A stretch of DNA of 64,000 nucleotides, from NCBI RefSeq assembly GCF_001194135.2, contig NC_068983.1, forward strand, positions 143,222,394 through 143,286,393, in the 5' to 3' direction. Source of the stretch: Octopus bimaculoides. Lineage: Eukaryota. The notes below the pieces were generated by a model that was not told where the DNA came from, did not search any database, and saw only the letters and a program-made list of their open reading frames with translations. The stretch's first letter is position 1; every line of letters begins with the position of its first letter. The position numbers and the translations under genes were made by a program. Below, piece by piece: positions 24,286-35,762 of the stretch.

Positions 24286-24698
24286 TTAATAGTTGGTAAA
24301 CTGGTGATTTGTGTAATTTGACGAAGGGCTGACATGAACCCAAGGTAAGTCTTTCCTCTTGTTAGTGTCCTTTTTTGAAGATTTCGACCGTTGACTGGCC
24401 TTGTTGCGTAAGCTCTGGCGATCAACAGTTGCATAGAGAGGATTATTAGCAGCAGTGGATCTACTTACTCCAACACCACTAGCTGGAGTGCTGTAGCAAG
24501 CAGCAGTAGAGTCGTACATGTGGTTGTCATAACTAGGGGGCTGTTCAGAGCTGATCACACTAGGTGAGCCACCGGCACCAAGGCTATCAAAACTGGTTGC
24601 ATGGTTTATGCCATAATGGTAACTGCTTTTGAAACTGTTTCGAGCTGGTGACTTATAACGCATCTTGACAAACTCCATTTCATCATTCACACTGGTAG
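24286..24698 (-). CDS. Terminal coding exon of an unidentified multi-exon gene (Ser/Tyr-rich tail with PPxY and NPxY motifs; probable receptor or adaptor cytoplasmic tail)
   Basis: Canonical acceptor 'ttttctctatttcatag|CT' at 24699-24700 (phase 1). An open frame of about 136 codons, (x)TSVNDEMEF...QPPSYDNH...NNPLYATVDR...HQFTNY*, is non-repetitive, GC/CpG-richer than its flanks and ends at a stop at 24286-24288. The true start lies in upstream exons; the ORF-track GTG is not the initiator. Confidence 0.8.
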
Positions 24699-24801
24699 CT
24701 ATGAAATAGAGAAAATAGTATCATGGCTAATAAACATCAGAAAATGAGGAAATTGTATTGACCAATTTCTGAAAAGAATCCAAAATTATATCAGTATATC
24801 T

Positions 24802-24846
<45 letters not shown>

Positions 24847-24914
24847 CGAAACGAGTGTGTAGATTCAGAATGTGCAAAATATATATAGTACTGTATTTCA
24901 CATTTTCAAGTTGT

Positions 24915-25155
24915 TTAACCCTTTTCTGATCATACTTCCAGTGAAATATATTATCAAAATTTCTGTTAATTTTGAAAGCAATCAAGAATTTGGAGGGACT
25001 TTGTAAAATAACTTTTCCATTAAGCTAGTTGTTTGCATTTGGAACAGAACTTAGTGAAAGGTTCTTACATAAAATTGCTATGGAAGAGTTTAATTTAAAT
25101 ATGATTTTGTATCAAACCATGAGTAGTCTCAGTAGATTGGTATCAGAAGGGTTAA
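24915..25155. mobile_element. TTAA-flanked piggyBac-type MITE
   Basis: TTAA at 24915-18 and 25152-55. Ends are CCCTTTTCTGAT..ATCAGAAGGG (TIR CCCTT(TT)CTGAT). A related internal sequence lies at about 34230-34460. Confidence 0.75.
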
Positions 25156-25904
25156 ACATACATTTACTTCTAATGAAACAATTCTAAAGTTCAATTGAAG
25201 AAAAAGTGTATAAATGATGTGTGTTGAGATGCAAAGTAAAAGCAAAACATTCAAGCAAAAGCCTTCCTTGGAGAAGAGTAAAAAATAAAACATTTGTTGA
25301 AAGGCTCTGCTCTAAAAGGTTTTTCTTTTTTCCTTTACATATCAACAGACCTCACTTTTTGATTCACACTCATTTTACAATTAACAGAGTCTTTTGCCAA
25401 ATGACAGAATCATAAGGGTCATTATATTCTAGGGTTTACGCATGATGATGTAGTTAACTGTTATAATTTTCGGCACATCCTCTTTCACTTCCCATATACG
25501 GTACAGATATACACTCAAATTATATATTAATAATATAAAAATAATATAAGAATATTTACATACATATGTGCACACATCAGTGCAGAAATTGCATATATGA
25601 CAATCATTATTACAACTAAAATTCCAAAAATAAAATATATACATAAAAATATTGGATTTCTGTTTTAAAATATTCATCAATTGATAACAAATTAGTAAAG
25701 GTTTAGTATATTGACAAAAATGAACAAACAACAGAACAATACATTTTATCTGAAATAATCCTGAAATAAGACTTATTTCTCTTATTAATATGTTTCAGTA
25801 TCAACCCTGTGTAATATTGATGTCTTAGCAGAAAGGCCACACCTTTTCACAGGAAGAATGTGATTGTGTAGTATTTGATATAACTTTGAGAAAATTAAAG
25901 AATG

Positions 25905-26100
25905 TTGTTTAGCACCAGGTCAGCCTTGACTGAACAGAACATTGATCAAAGGCATTCCAGCTTGACCATCAAATTTCTTATTCAATGTATCTTGACTATA
26001 AAGTCAGTCCCTTTGAAATGTAGGATTGAATTCATGAGAAATTTGGCCATTATTTCTAGCAAGTCTAGTGATTGCATAAAAGTTACCTTAAAGAGGTAGA
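25905..26100. mobile_element. 'ttggctgctatttcta' family copy
   Basis: 'gatcaaaggcattccagcttgaccatc..atttggccattatttctagcaag'. Confidence 0.7.
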
Positions 26101-26559
26101 TACAATGAAAGAAATTGTCTTTAAGAACTGAAAATTGAACCCTATGATAGGCATCAGCACTGTAAAATTTATTTTATCTAAACAAGACTATAAATGATAA
26201 AAATAAACCTGCTTTCATCCTTGTATATTACTTGTAATTAATTTACTGATCCCAGAGAGATGAATAATAAAGTTAGCTCTGGTAGGATTTGAACTTAGAA
26301 GCATGCACAATAAAATATCATAATGAATTTTAGTCCCATACTGTTATTGCACTTCTTAATGTCATCATGCTTGACCTGCATAATAGTGGAATTTGGGTTA
26401 AATGTTGGCAGTAACTGAACAATGCTGGCATGATAATATTTAGGTTTGCCTATTTGTTTGTTTGAGTTCAAATCCAGACTAGGCCAATTTTGTTTTTTCA
26501 TTCTTACAGAATCAGACAAAATAGGAGTTAATATATGGGCACAAAGCAATAATGAAACT

Positions 26560-26720
26560 TCTATAAATAGCAGCCAAATTTTACCAAATTAAAAAAATGA
26601 ATACATTGTCTAGTCTTGGATATACTGTGTCTAAAAATTAAAGATGACATGGTCACAGCTGGAATGTCTGATCATAAATCTACTTGATAATTGATCTGGG
26701 ATTAAACAAGTGAGGTTTAT
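26560..26720. mobile_element. 'ttggctgctatttcta' family copy, opposite orientation
   Basis: 'aaatagcagccaaattt..ggtcacagctggaatgtctgatcata'. Confidence 0.65.
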
Positions 26721-29707
26721 CTCTTGGCCATGTATTTTGACAAAAATAAGATACTGGAAATATGTTAAATGAAAATGCCTAAACAAAAATAAAAACATCC
26801 TCCTTCTTTCAGTCATGTTAAAATGTGTTAGCTAATGGAAGGTCTGCAAGACAAACATTAGAGTAACAAAATCAAGGCAATAATTGCAAGCTATAGGTTT
26901 TTTTATGTTATCCAGATTAACATCATCTGGTTCTTAGAGACTTTTAGCAAAGTTCATTGTTGCAAGCATTTGGAGGAGCCCCTTGCTCTCTCACTCTCTC
27001 TCTTTACCCAAGTCTTTTTCAACTTGGTCTTTTGTTTCATCCTTTTGGATTCAAAAATGAGTTAGAGTAATAGTCAAGCACTGAAGTAGATTCTTCTCAT
27101 ACTCTCTCCCTTTCAGCTATATTGCAATGAGAGGATTGTAGGGACCACTCACAATGTCCCTTTTCTCAAAAATGACAAATGTATTGGTTAAGGGTCTGGA
27201 AAACTCTTAAAAAGAGAAAAGAAAACCTGACATGGAATCATTGAAGGATACAGCACAGAACTGAATTAAGGATGAATGCTCATACATTTCTTGAGAGCAT
27301 TGATATATATGTATATATTAGTTTTATTGTATCTTTTTTTCTCACTACCTATTTTTCTTCCTTGCTCTCTTGATAGTCCATCAAAAGGAAAAGAGTAACA
27401 TTTGAAATGTTAAGACACTTTCCCTTTTCCTTAAAGTGTTCAGCGTGCACACACTGTTATACTTTGCCTTTGTTAATGGCCTGGTCAGAGGAGGAAATTA
27501 TCTCAAAACCAGAGATCTAGCACAAATGCTTGCAACAGAGTGAACTCAACTAAAGGCACCCAAGGGGCCAGCTACTAGTGTTAAAGTGGGCAACAGAGTA
27601 AATCTACCACCCTAAAACAGCCACTTTTTGGGCTTCTACACAGTTCCCATGTCAAGTAAATTTTACTCACAAACCTTTGCTCAATCTGAAGCTCAGGTAC
27701 AGAAAGTACCTTGTAGTGGAATCTAACCCCAAAATATACAATACAAAGTGAATTTCATAGTCATACAGCCATATCTGGAACCATAGGTTATTGTGTTACC
27801 ATAGAACTCTTCATTTTTATATTTGTATCTAAAGCAAGTGTATTTTGGAGAGTTCATCTTTAGTTATAACTCACCAGAAAAATTGAACTGCAGAGCTACA
27901 GCAATACTTGTTTACATCTGAAGCAGCAGCTTACAGATGTAGACTATATTGTGCCACCAAGTTATGGTTAGGTGGACTTGTCCACTAATAGTTAACTATT
28001 ACCAATCCAATGTTCTGCTATTTCTACCAATTCTTATATTTAAAAGTAATGTTTAAAAAATATATAAGTTAATACAGTCATGAGTTTTCTTACAATGAAG
28101 CAATGAAATACACTTTATAAATCATTTTCAAATAAACCATAATAATAATCAGAACTGACTACATAGAACCTCAAACATCTTCTTGTAATCAATTTAGGTC
28201 GAGTTTTTTTTAATTTCATTTATGCCACCATTAATATGGAAACTTTAATGCCATGTACAATTTCCTGAACAACTTAGAAATAAAGCAACAATCGAAGACA
28301 AGAAATGCCAATTGTTTTCCACTAAACTTTCATTTATTAATAATTATCTCTTAATGAGCCATAAAGCCATAAAGTGCCAAGAGACAGAAAGAGAGAGAGG
28401 AAACATAAATGGGAATTTATACCATGTATATAGTTCCCAAAGCATTATTGCAGCAAGTGAAGCATAACTTATTGGTTCTGAAAACTAGCTTGCTGAAAAT
28501 TTACTGCTGTATTATACCATATCACACCAAAATCCATTAATAATGGTGTCTTAGATAAGCATGAGATCATAGAATTGGAGAGTACGAAGAAACTAGAAGT
28601 TGTGACATTTAGTTGTTTCCCAAAAGTGTAATTGATTTTTGAGTATCAATGAGGATTAAAAACAAAAACTTAATTACAGAATTGGTTCACCAAGAATTTA
28701 TTGGTTCACACAGTAATATTTTTAATAAGCACAGGTAAATATAACAAACACGTTTAGACTAATTTCTTCATGATTGCTTAAAGTAATTTAGATAGGACTT
28801 GTATGTAGTTGTTTAAAACTGTTAAACAACAAAAAAAAATGCAATCAATAAGAGTCTGAAAGTCTGAGTACTTGCACTGTGTTAAACACCCCCAGTTATA
28901 TAAAGTTAATAAATCAACAAAGTAATTTAAAATGTTAATTATTGTAACGCAAACTATTAAATAATATGAGATCATAAGCACACAAATGAAATCACTGAAA
29001 TAAAGTGTTGCTGGATTGAATTACATGTTGGCTGGAACAGAGAGAGAGTGAGTAAACATAAAATAGAGTGTAAGAGAGAAGGAAAGAGAGAATGAGTGAG
29101 AGTAAGAGACTACGTGTGTGAGTGGAAATGTGCAGTGCAGTAATTATAAATGCTGTGCCTCACTGAAGTTAAATCATCATCTGATCAAGAGAACTGCAGT
29201 TAGTTTAAAGTAGAAAGAATGAAGACCTGACAAGCTACTAGAAAGTTGACAATCTGGTATTACTACTAGTGTTATGTCTCTAGTAGTAAAGACACTTCAC
29301 TTTCAGGAATCCAGTTAACCAACCTGTAAATTGGTACCTATGAGGATACAACCTCTGCCTGCAGATAAAGGAATATATAACATGGTTAAAACGAACATTT
29401 AGTGCAGTTTCAATTCCTGCATTAGGTAATACATAAGATTGCTTTGCATGAAAGCATATGCTAATCCCTGACGGTATTTTAAAAGATAGTACTAAGTTCT
29501 GATTTCGTCATTTTAAATGGATGAGAAACATTTTCCTGGATAAGATGCTAGTCTCCCTCAAGTAACATTTCTGAAGCTTGTAGCTTAAGTGCATCATTCA
29601 AGTATTCAACAAAGTGGCTTCAGAAATTTGAACTTAGAACCATTTGGACACTTGTCTAATATCATATTCTGTGACTTCAATCACACACACACACACACAA
29701 ACACATG

Positions 29708-29956
<249 letters not shown>

Positions 29957-31564
29957 CCTTCACCTGCTTAATTTTTATGGAAACTAATATAAACTGTAAA
30001 TCTCAACCAATGACACAGGATCTGCATTCAGATCTGTGTCACTAGTCAAATGAATGTGTAACCATTTCTGGTCACATATCCAGAAATGAGTAAAATGGTG
30101 GAAATTCTCAAATAGTTTGATCAAATGTTCCTCAATCCCACAAATACTCTAGACTCAATGCCACTCTTATCAATATCCTAGACATCCCCTACCCTTGTTA
30201 TGAAGTGTTAATCACACAATTTTCTGAACAAATACCATGTATAATTTACACCAAAGAAAAAAAAGAAAAAAAAGAGACCATTTAAATAATACGTATTAGT
30301 GTTGTAGATAATATGAAAGTAAAGTGTGCTGTAATATATTGCATTTTTAGGATATTGTTTTATTGAAGATACCACTAAACCTATGTACTGCTACAATGGC
30401 AATCAATCACATTGCATGTGTGTGTGTTTTATCAAAGCTTTGCACGTCACTTAAAAGTTGCTTTCTTGTCATAGAAGGAAAGCCTTGTTTAAATATATAA
30501 ATAAATGCAGTAAAGAATAAAAACAACAAAATAAAGAAAATTACTGGAAAAAAAAATCCTCCAATACAGTCAACAAAACCATGCTCTCCACCCTTTCCAA
30601 TTCCATCGCAATACATTCTGTAGACATTTAAAATTCTGTACATGGGTTGGTGGGGATAGACATAAAGAACATAAATAAGGATAGAGAACATTAATTACAT
30701 GCAGCTATAAATAGGCACAGAAAAAAGATAAAGCAGGAAGAACAGACACTGATGTAATATGAGAAAATAGCCACAGTATAAAAGCACTTATTGTAAATAT
30801 GTTGTAGTTGTTTTAGTTGATCCACCTTGATCATATCTGCTATGGGAGACCTATGACAGAAATAGATCAATTAAATCTTTTAGAATCAGCCCATATATCA
30901 TGCACCCCATATATGTGGAACTTCAGTCTATTTTGGGGACTATTCTGTGCATGCAGTTGGTTAAGTTATATTTTTGTGTTGAATTGAAATAGAATGAAAA
31001 TTTTAAGACAAACTGTAAACCAAAACAAAATTTATATGTAATTGTGATAAAAATTGGTAACTTGTATATTTCCTTTCTTCATGCTGCTACAAGAATCTAT
31101 ACACAGGCAATTGAAAGGTAATAGATGCTTAATAATAATAAACCCAGTCCTATATATATAAAAAAAAACAACAATGAGGAACAAGTTTTATTTTATTCTC
31201 TTTGTACTTGCATGAACATGAGTGGAACTAAATGTAGCAACAAGCAGCAGTATTTTTGCTAGTCTCATTTCCTGTATAAATGAATTACATACCTTTATTT
31301 GAAGATATTCAATACATACAATATCCTTTACATTTTCCAGTATTTGATTTTGTATGGTACATAAAATTTTCAGAAGTAATAGATATAATCTTGAAGTAGT
31401 ATATGTATACAAAATCATATACAATTTGTTTTGGTTTTTCATTTTGTCTTGAAATATTACTTTCGTTTCAACCCAACATGAAAATAGGACTTAACCCATC
31501 TACACCACCATATAATTTTCATTTTTGTAAATGTTTGAGGATATATTTCAGTAGTTTTTTTTTT

Positions 31565-31720
31565 TTATCATCATCATTTAATGTCCATTCTCCATGCTGG
31601 CATGGGTTAGATGGTTTGACAGGAGTTGGCCAGCTGGAGAGCAGTCTAGGTTTCATTTTGTCTGTTTTGGCTTCTTCCTAATATCAACCATTTTACAGAG
31701 TGTACACTGCTTTTAATGTG
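31565..31720 (-). mobile_element. RTE-type tail fragment
   Basis: '(cat)n..tccatgctggcatgggttagatggtttgac'. Confidence 0.7.
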
Positions 31721-32194
31721 GCACTGGCACATTAACTGTTATTAACTTTGGTGGTACCCAGAATAACATAAGGCAAAATAGAATTGGTCAATAACAGATT
31801 CCTTGCATTTCACAGAAAGAGGTTGGCAACAGGGTTTAATGTAATGTTTCTGTTAATCTCGTAGTTATTTTAAGCATGTATTTTTGCTTTTATATGATCT
31901 ACATCAGATGATAGAAACGAGCCTAATGCACCACCTAGTATAACACTATCAACTGATGCTTGTGCTATGTTGTACTGTGTTGCAAATCTCTGGTTTTCTC
32001 CCTGTTCAGGTTTATCTTGACAACAATAACTTGCAAATTATTCTGGTTGGGTATCAATAGAATCAATCTCACCAGTCTAGGAGCACCTGTAAAGCTAATG
32101 AACACTGGTCCCCTTCTCCTGAGAAACTTTAGCAATATTTGATAGTCTTTATGTGGTTTTTAAGATCTCCAAATGTTTGAGAATAGTAGACTTT

Positions 32195-32390
32195 TTGTTT
32201 AACTACAGTTAGCCAGCTGCACAAACTTATGATCAAAAGCATTCCATTCGTGATCAACCTGTACATTCCAAGCCAGTGTAGCTAGAACTGAACTATCATT
32301 TAATGTTTCCTTTGGCTTTTAAAACAAGAATATGTTATAAAGAAAATCTGACAGCTGTTTTTAGCTGGTTTGAGTAACCATACACAAATT
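32195..32390. mobile_element. 'ttggctgctatttcta' family copy, degenerate
   Basis: 'tatgatcaaaagcattcc..gagtaaccatac'. Confidence 0.55.
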
Positions 32391-35300
32391 TTCACATTGA
32401 TTTGTAGTAGCGCATATAGCAGGGCTGCAGAAGACAACAGTTATGAACTGTCTTTTCTCTCTGCATCTCAAGATCATCTTTTTTAGGTAAAAAGTTATGG
32501 CTGGAATACCAACAGATCTACACTGAAGTGGGTGGAGTGCCCAGCAGTTGACGTTTGTTAATGCGATTTTTAAAGAAGACAATATTGATTACCATTGACA
32601 GCAGGGAAACCTATTGACTACACTATAAGAGGGACATAACTAAAAATTTTGACTTTACAGTTTAATCCATGGCAGGTTATTCTGGTAGAACCTCGGCAAT
32701 CACCAAACTATATCAATGAGGTGTTTTGAATCCAGTATTCAATTATAGTAATATTTGTACCATAACATTTTAACTATTTACAGCTAAGTGGACTATAATC
32801 CTTTCAAAGTTTAAAGGTTTTGATCATGAGTAGAGTACAACACATAGCTAGTGAACTGACTTCTCAGCTATTGTGGGCTATACAAGCTATGTCCCATGTA
32901 CCTTCGAAGAGGCTAAATAATACTGCACTGGAGATAATAGAGAAATAAAAAATAAATTACTTCACCTTCCATTATCAGAAATAGCCATTAATGGATGGTC
33001 AATTAAATCAATTTAAAAAGATGACAGAACAGAAATGTAGATGTTCATGCCTCCCCACTTGCTGGTGTATTAGAGAAGAAAGTGAATTAGCTACCACCAG
33101 GGATAGAACCCAGATCACAGGAATGATTTGCCAGGATCTTGGTTTCAACACCACTGTACTCTTTTTATGAGAAGAATAAATACAATAAACAAAAAGAAAA
33201 AACATAAAGACATTTGAAATACAAAGTGATTCATTCCAAACATCAAAGACAACACAAGAAATACTCCAGTTTTTTTTTCTCTTTGGAATGGTGGAGCAGA
33301 GAACAAGCAGTATAATCAGCAAAATTACATCAAGTTTAAACAGAAAAAAAGTGCTCTAGCTATGACAAAACAATAAATTAAAAAAAAGTGTTTCATATAC
33401 ATACATATGTATATATATATATATTTTATCTTTTCATATACGTACGCCAAATAGAAGTTGCTTGGTTTAATCCAAAGACTCAACAATTGCTCCACTGTGA
33501 GAAGAACGGTGAACATCGAAGCAGGCAGAAACAAGAACAAATCAAAGACATATAAGCAAAACGGCAAAGCAAAGTGCAGATGACATAAAGCCTGGTAAAA
33601 TCTGAACACTATGTATATTACATATATAATCATATAGACATACGCACATAAATGTGTGTGTCTTTCTTCTCTCTATATATGTTGTATTTTATAAAATAAC
33701 AGAAAACAAAAGTTGTACAAGTCACCCCCCCCCCAACCACTGCAAGACACAAATTGTCAATACAGAACTAAATGTGGCAGCTGAGGATAACATAATGGAG
33801 ACATCAGAGAAAACAACACGAACATACATCAAACAATACAGACAACAGTGGTAAGCTGAGTGAAAAAGAGGATTTGAATAATAAATCACTAATTCTCAAT
33901 CGAACATTGTAATGGGTTTATGTTACAGACCGGAAGACAAAAATGATTTCTTCAGCTTGCTAAATTCCTTATAAACAAACATGTATTTCCATTATTTTGA
34001 ACATGAAAAGAAAGTGGGTGTTATAAATAATCAGTACAATGGTGATATTTATGTAGCATTACTATTAATGGCTTGTTTCAGAAAACTATAATTAGTTTCT
34101 TGGATCAACAATCATTTGTCAAAAACTTTCTTTTCCATGAAAGCAAAGAAGAAAAAACAAAATCAAAAGGTGTGTACAGACCATTCTTCCAATAGTTAAA
34201 AGAAAATAACATGAAAATCTATTGTATTTAAATTAAATTATTTTCCAGTGACAAAATATTTTAGCATGGAAGGTTTAAATCTTGTTACCATATTTTTGTT
34301 GAAATACTGTTTTGTTAAAATATTTTTGTCATTGTTTCAATTAACTTTTAAAATAATGAAAAATTCAGTAAAATGATTTTGTACTTATTAAAGCTGATAT
34401 TTAGAATATAAACTGACATTAAATATAGATAGAAGGTTTTAATTTATACCACGTTAGGTAGTTTGTAAGAAATTAAAAGGAAATTAATCTCAGATTAATT
34501 AAAAGCAACAATAAACAGAATATAAATCTTTGTCTTAATTATATTCTGTCATGCATGTAGTAGAGAACATATACATAATCTGTATTGTGGAACAGTTTTG
34601 TAGATATTAAAGCACACACACTCACAGCAACATTTGTTTTATTTTATTATTTCTAATAGTAATAATAACATTAACAATAATAATACATTGTTACTTATCA
34701 AAATACTTAATATTATTGATATTCTATTTTATTGTATCACAGTGAAGTGGAGTATAAATCAAGATACACTGAGACAAAATATCAGTGAAATAAAGTGACC
34801 AAATCATAGATGTACAGGAAAAGACTTTGATAGCTAATAATATATATGATTGCAAAATGATAAAATAAAGTGAATACAACCATGAACACATATGTTTAAT
34901 GGCTATAATAAATCTACCACACTACAGTTGTCTTATTCCTCACACATGATCATAGAATAGATCTCTTGGCAAAGAAAGCAACTAAAAGATACAAACATAC
35001 ATAAAAATAGGTTGACTGACTTCAAGCTTTGCCTGTCTTAAGGCTTGTTAAAAACAAACTGAATAAGCTTTGAGATAGGTGATACAAGTCAGAGTTAACC
35101 ATTTTCTCATAATAAATTTGACTCTACATTTAGTATTGACTCTTTTAACCAGTAAATGTTATTTGTCATCAAATAATCCTAACATTAATATATACATACA
35201 TATTATGAAAAAAATAAGATATTTCAACCATTTTAACACTGCTAGCATTATATATGTATAAATCTTTTTACATCTGACAGTTTGGGCAACACCTAAAACC

Positions 35301-35634
35301 AGCTGAGTAACAACTCTCTTCACCAACTGACTTATTCTACTGAAAATGAGAGAAATGTTCAAAAAACTGTAATCAGTTTCCTAATGTGTATGGAGAAGGA
35401 AAAAAAAAGAGGCTATACAAAGGTGAATATTCAACAAGAACCTACACATCTTGTGAACTTTATATAAATGGGGGTGTAAGAAATGACATCAAGACGAGAT
35501 TGAATGAGGTTTATTTCTAGCTTCAATGATTATTCCTTCAGTTTTAGCTGCCAATAAAATTATGAGTGTGTATATGTTGTCTGCATATATAAGGATGTAC
35601 GAACACTTTCACACACACAATGAACTTTAGTTTC

Positions 35635-35762
35635 TATCTATCAAATTCACTCATAAAGCTTTTGTTGATCCAAGGCTACAGAAGACACTTGCCCAGGGTA
35701 CCAAGTAGTGGGACTGAACCTGAGACCACATGGTTGGGAAGTGAACTTCTTAACCACAAAGG
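35635..35762 (-). mobile_element. tRNA-SINE head fragment
   Basis: 'agaagacacttgcccagggt..gtgggactgaacctgagaccacatggttgggaag..cttcttaaccac'. Confidence 0.8.

Noticed and set aside
27877-27929. Shisa-like 'KYCCSSA' peptide
   Set aside because: Only a 5-6 residue resemblance. The frame is closed just upstream, ends in a phase incompatible with the terminal exon, and no other Shisa cysteines were found.
30407-30691. ORF with apparent TM helix (GFFFPVIFFILLFLFFTAFIYIF)
   Set aside because: The hydrophobic stretch is a T-rich low-complexity tract on the minus strand, and the candidate donors nearby (gtaatt, gtgacg) are weak.
33654-33854. Plus-strand ORF ending at a strong donor (cagtg|gtaagc)
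   Set aside because: No partner exons or recognisable protein. A lone splice-like site is expected by chance in 64 kb.
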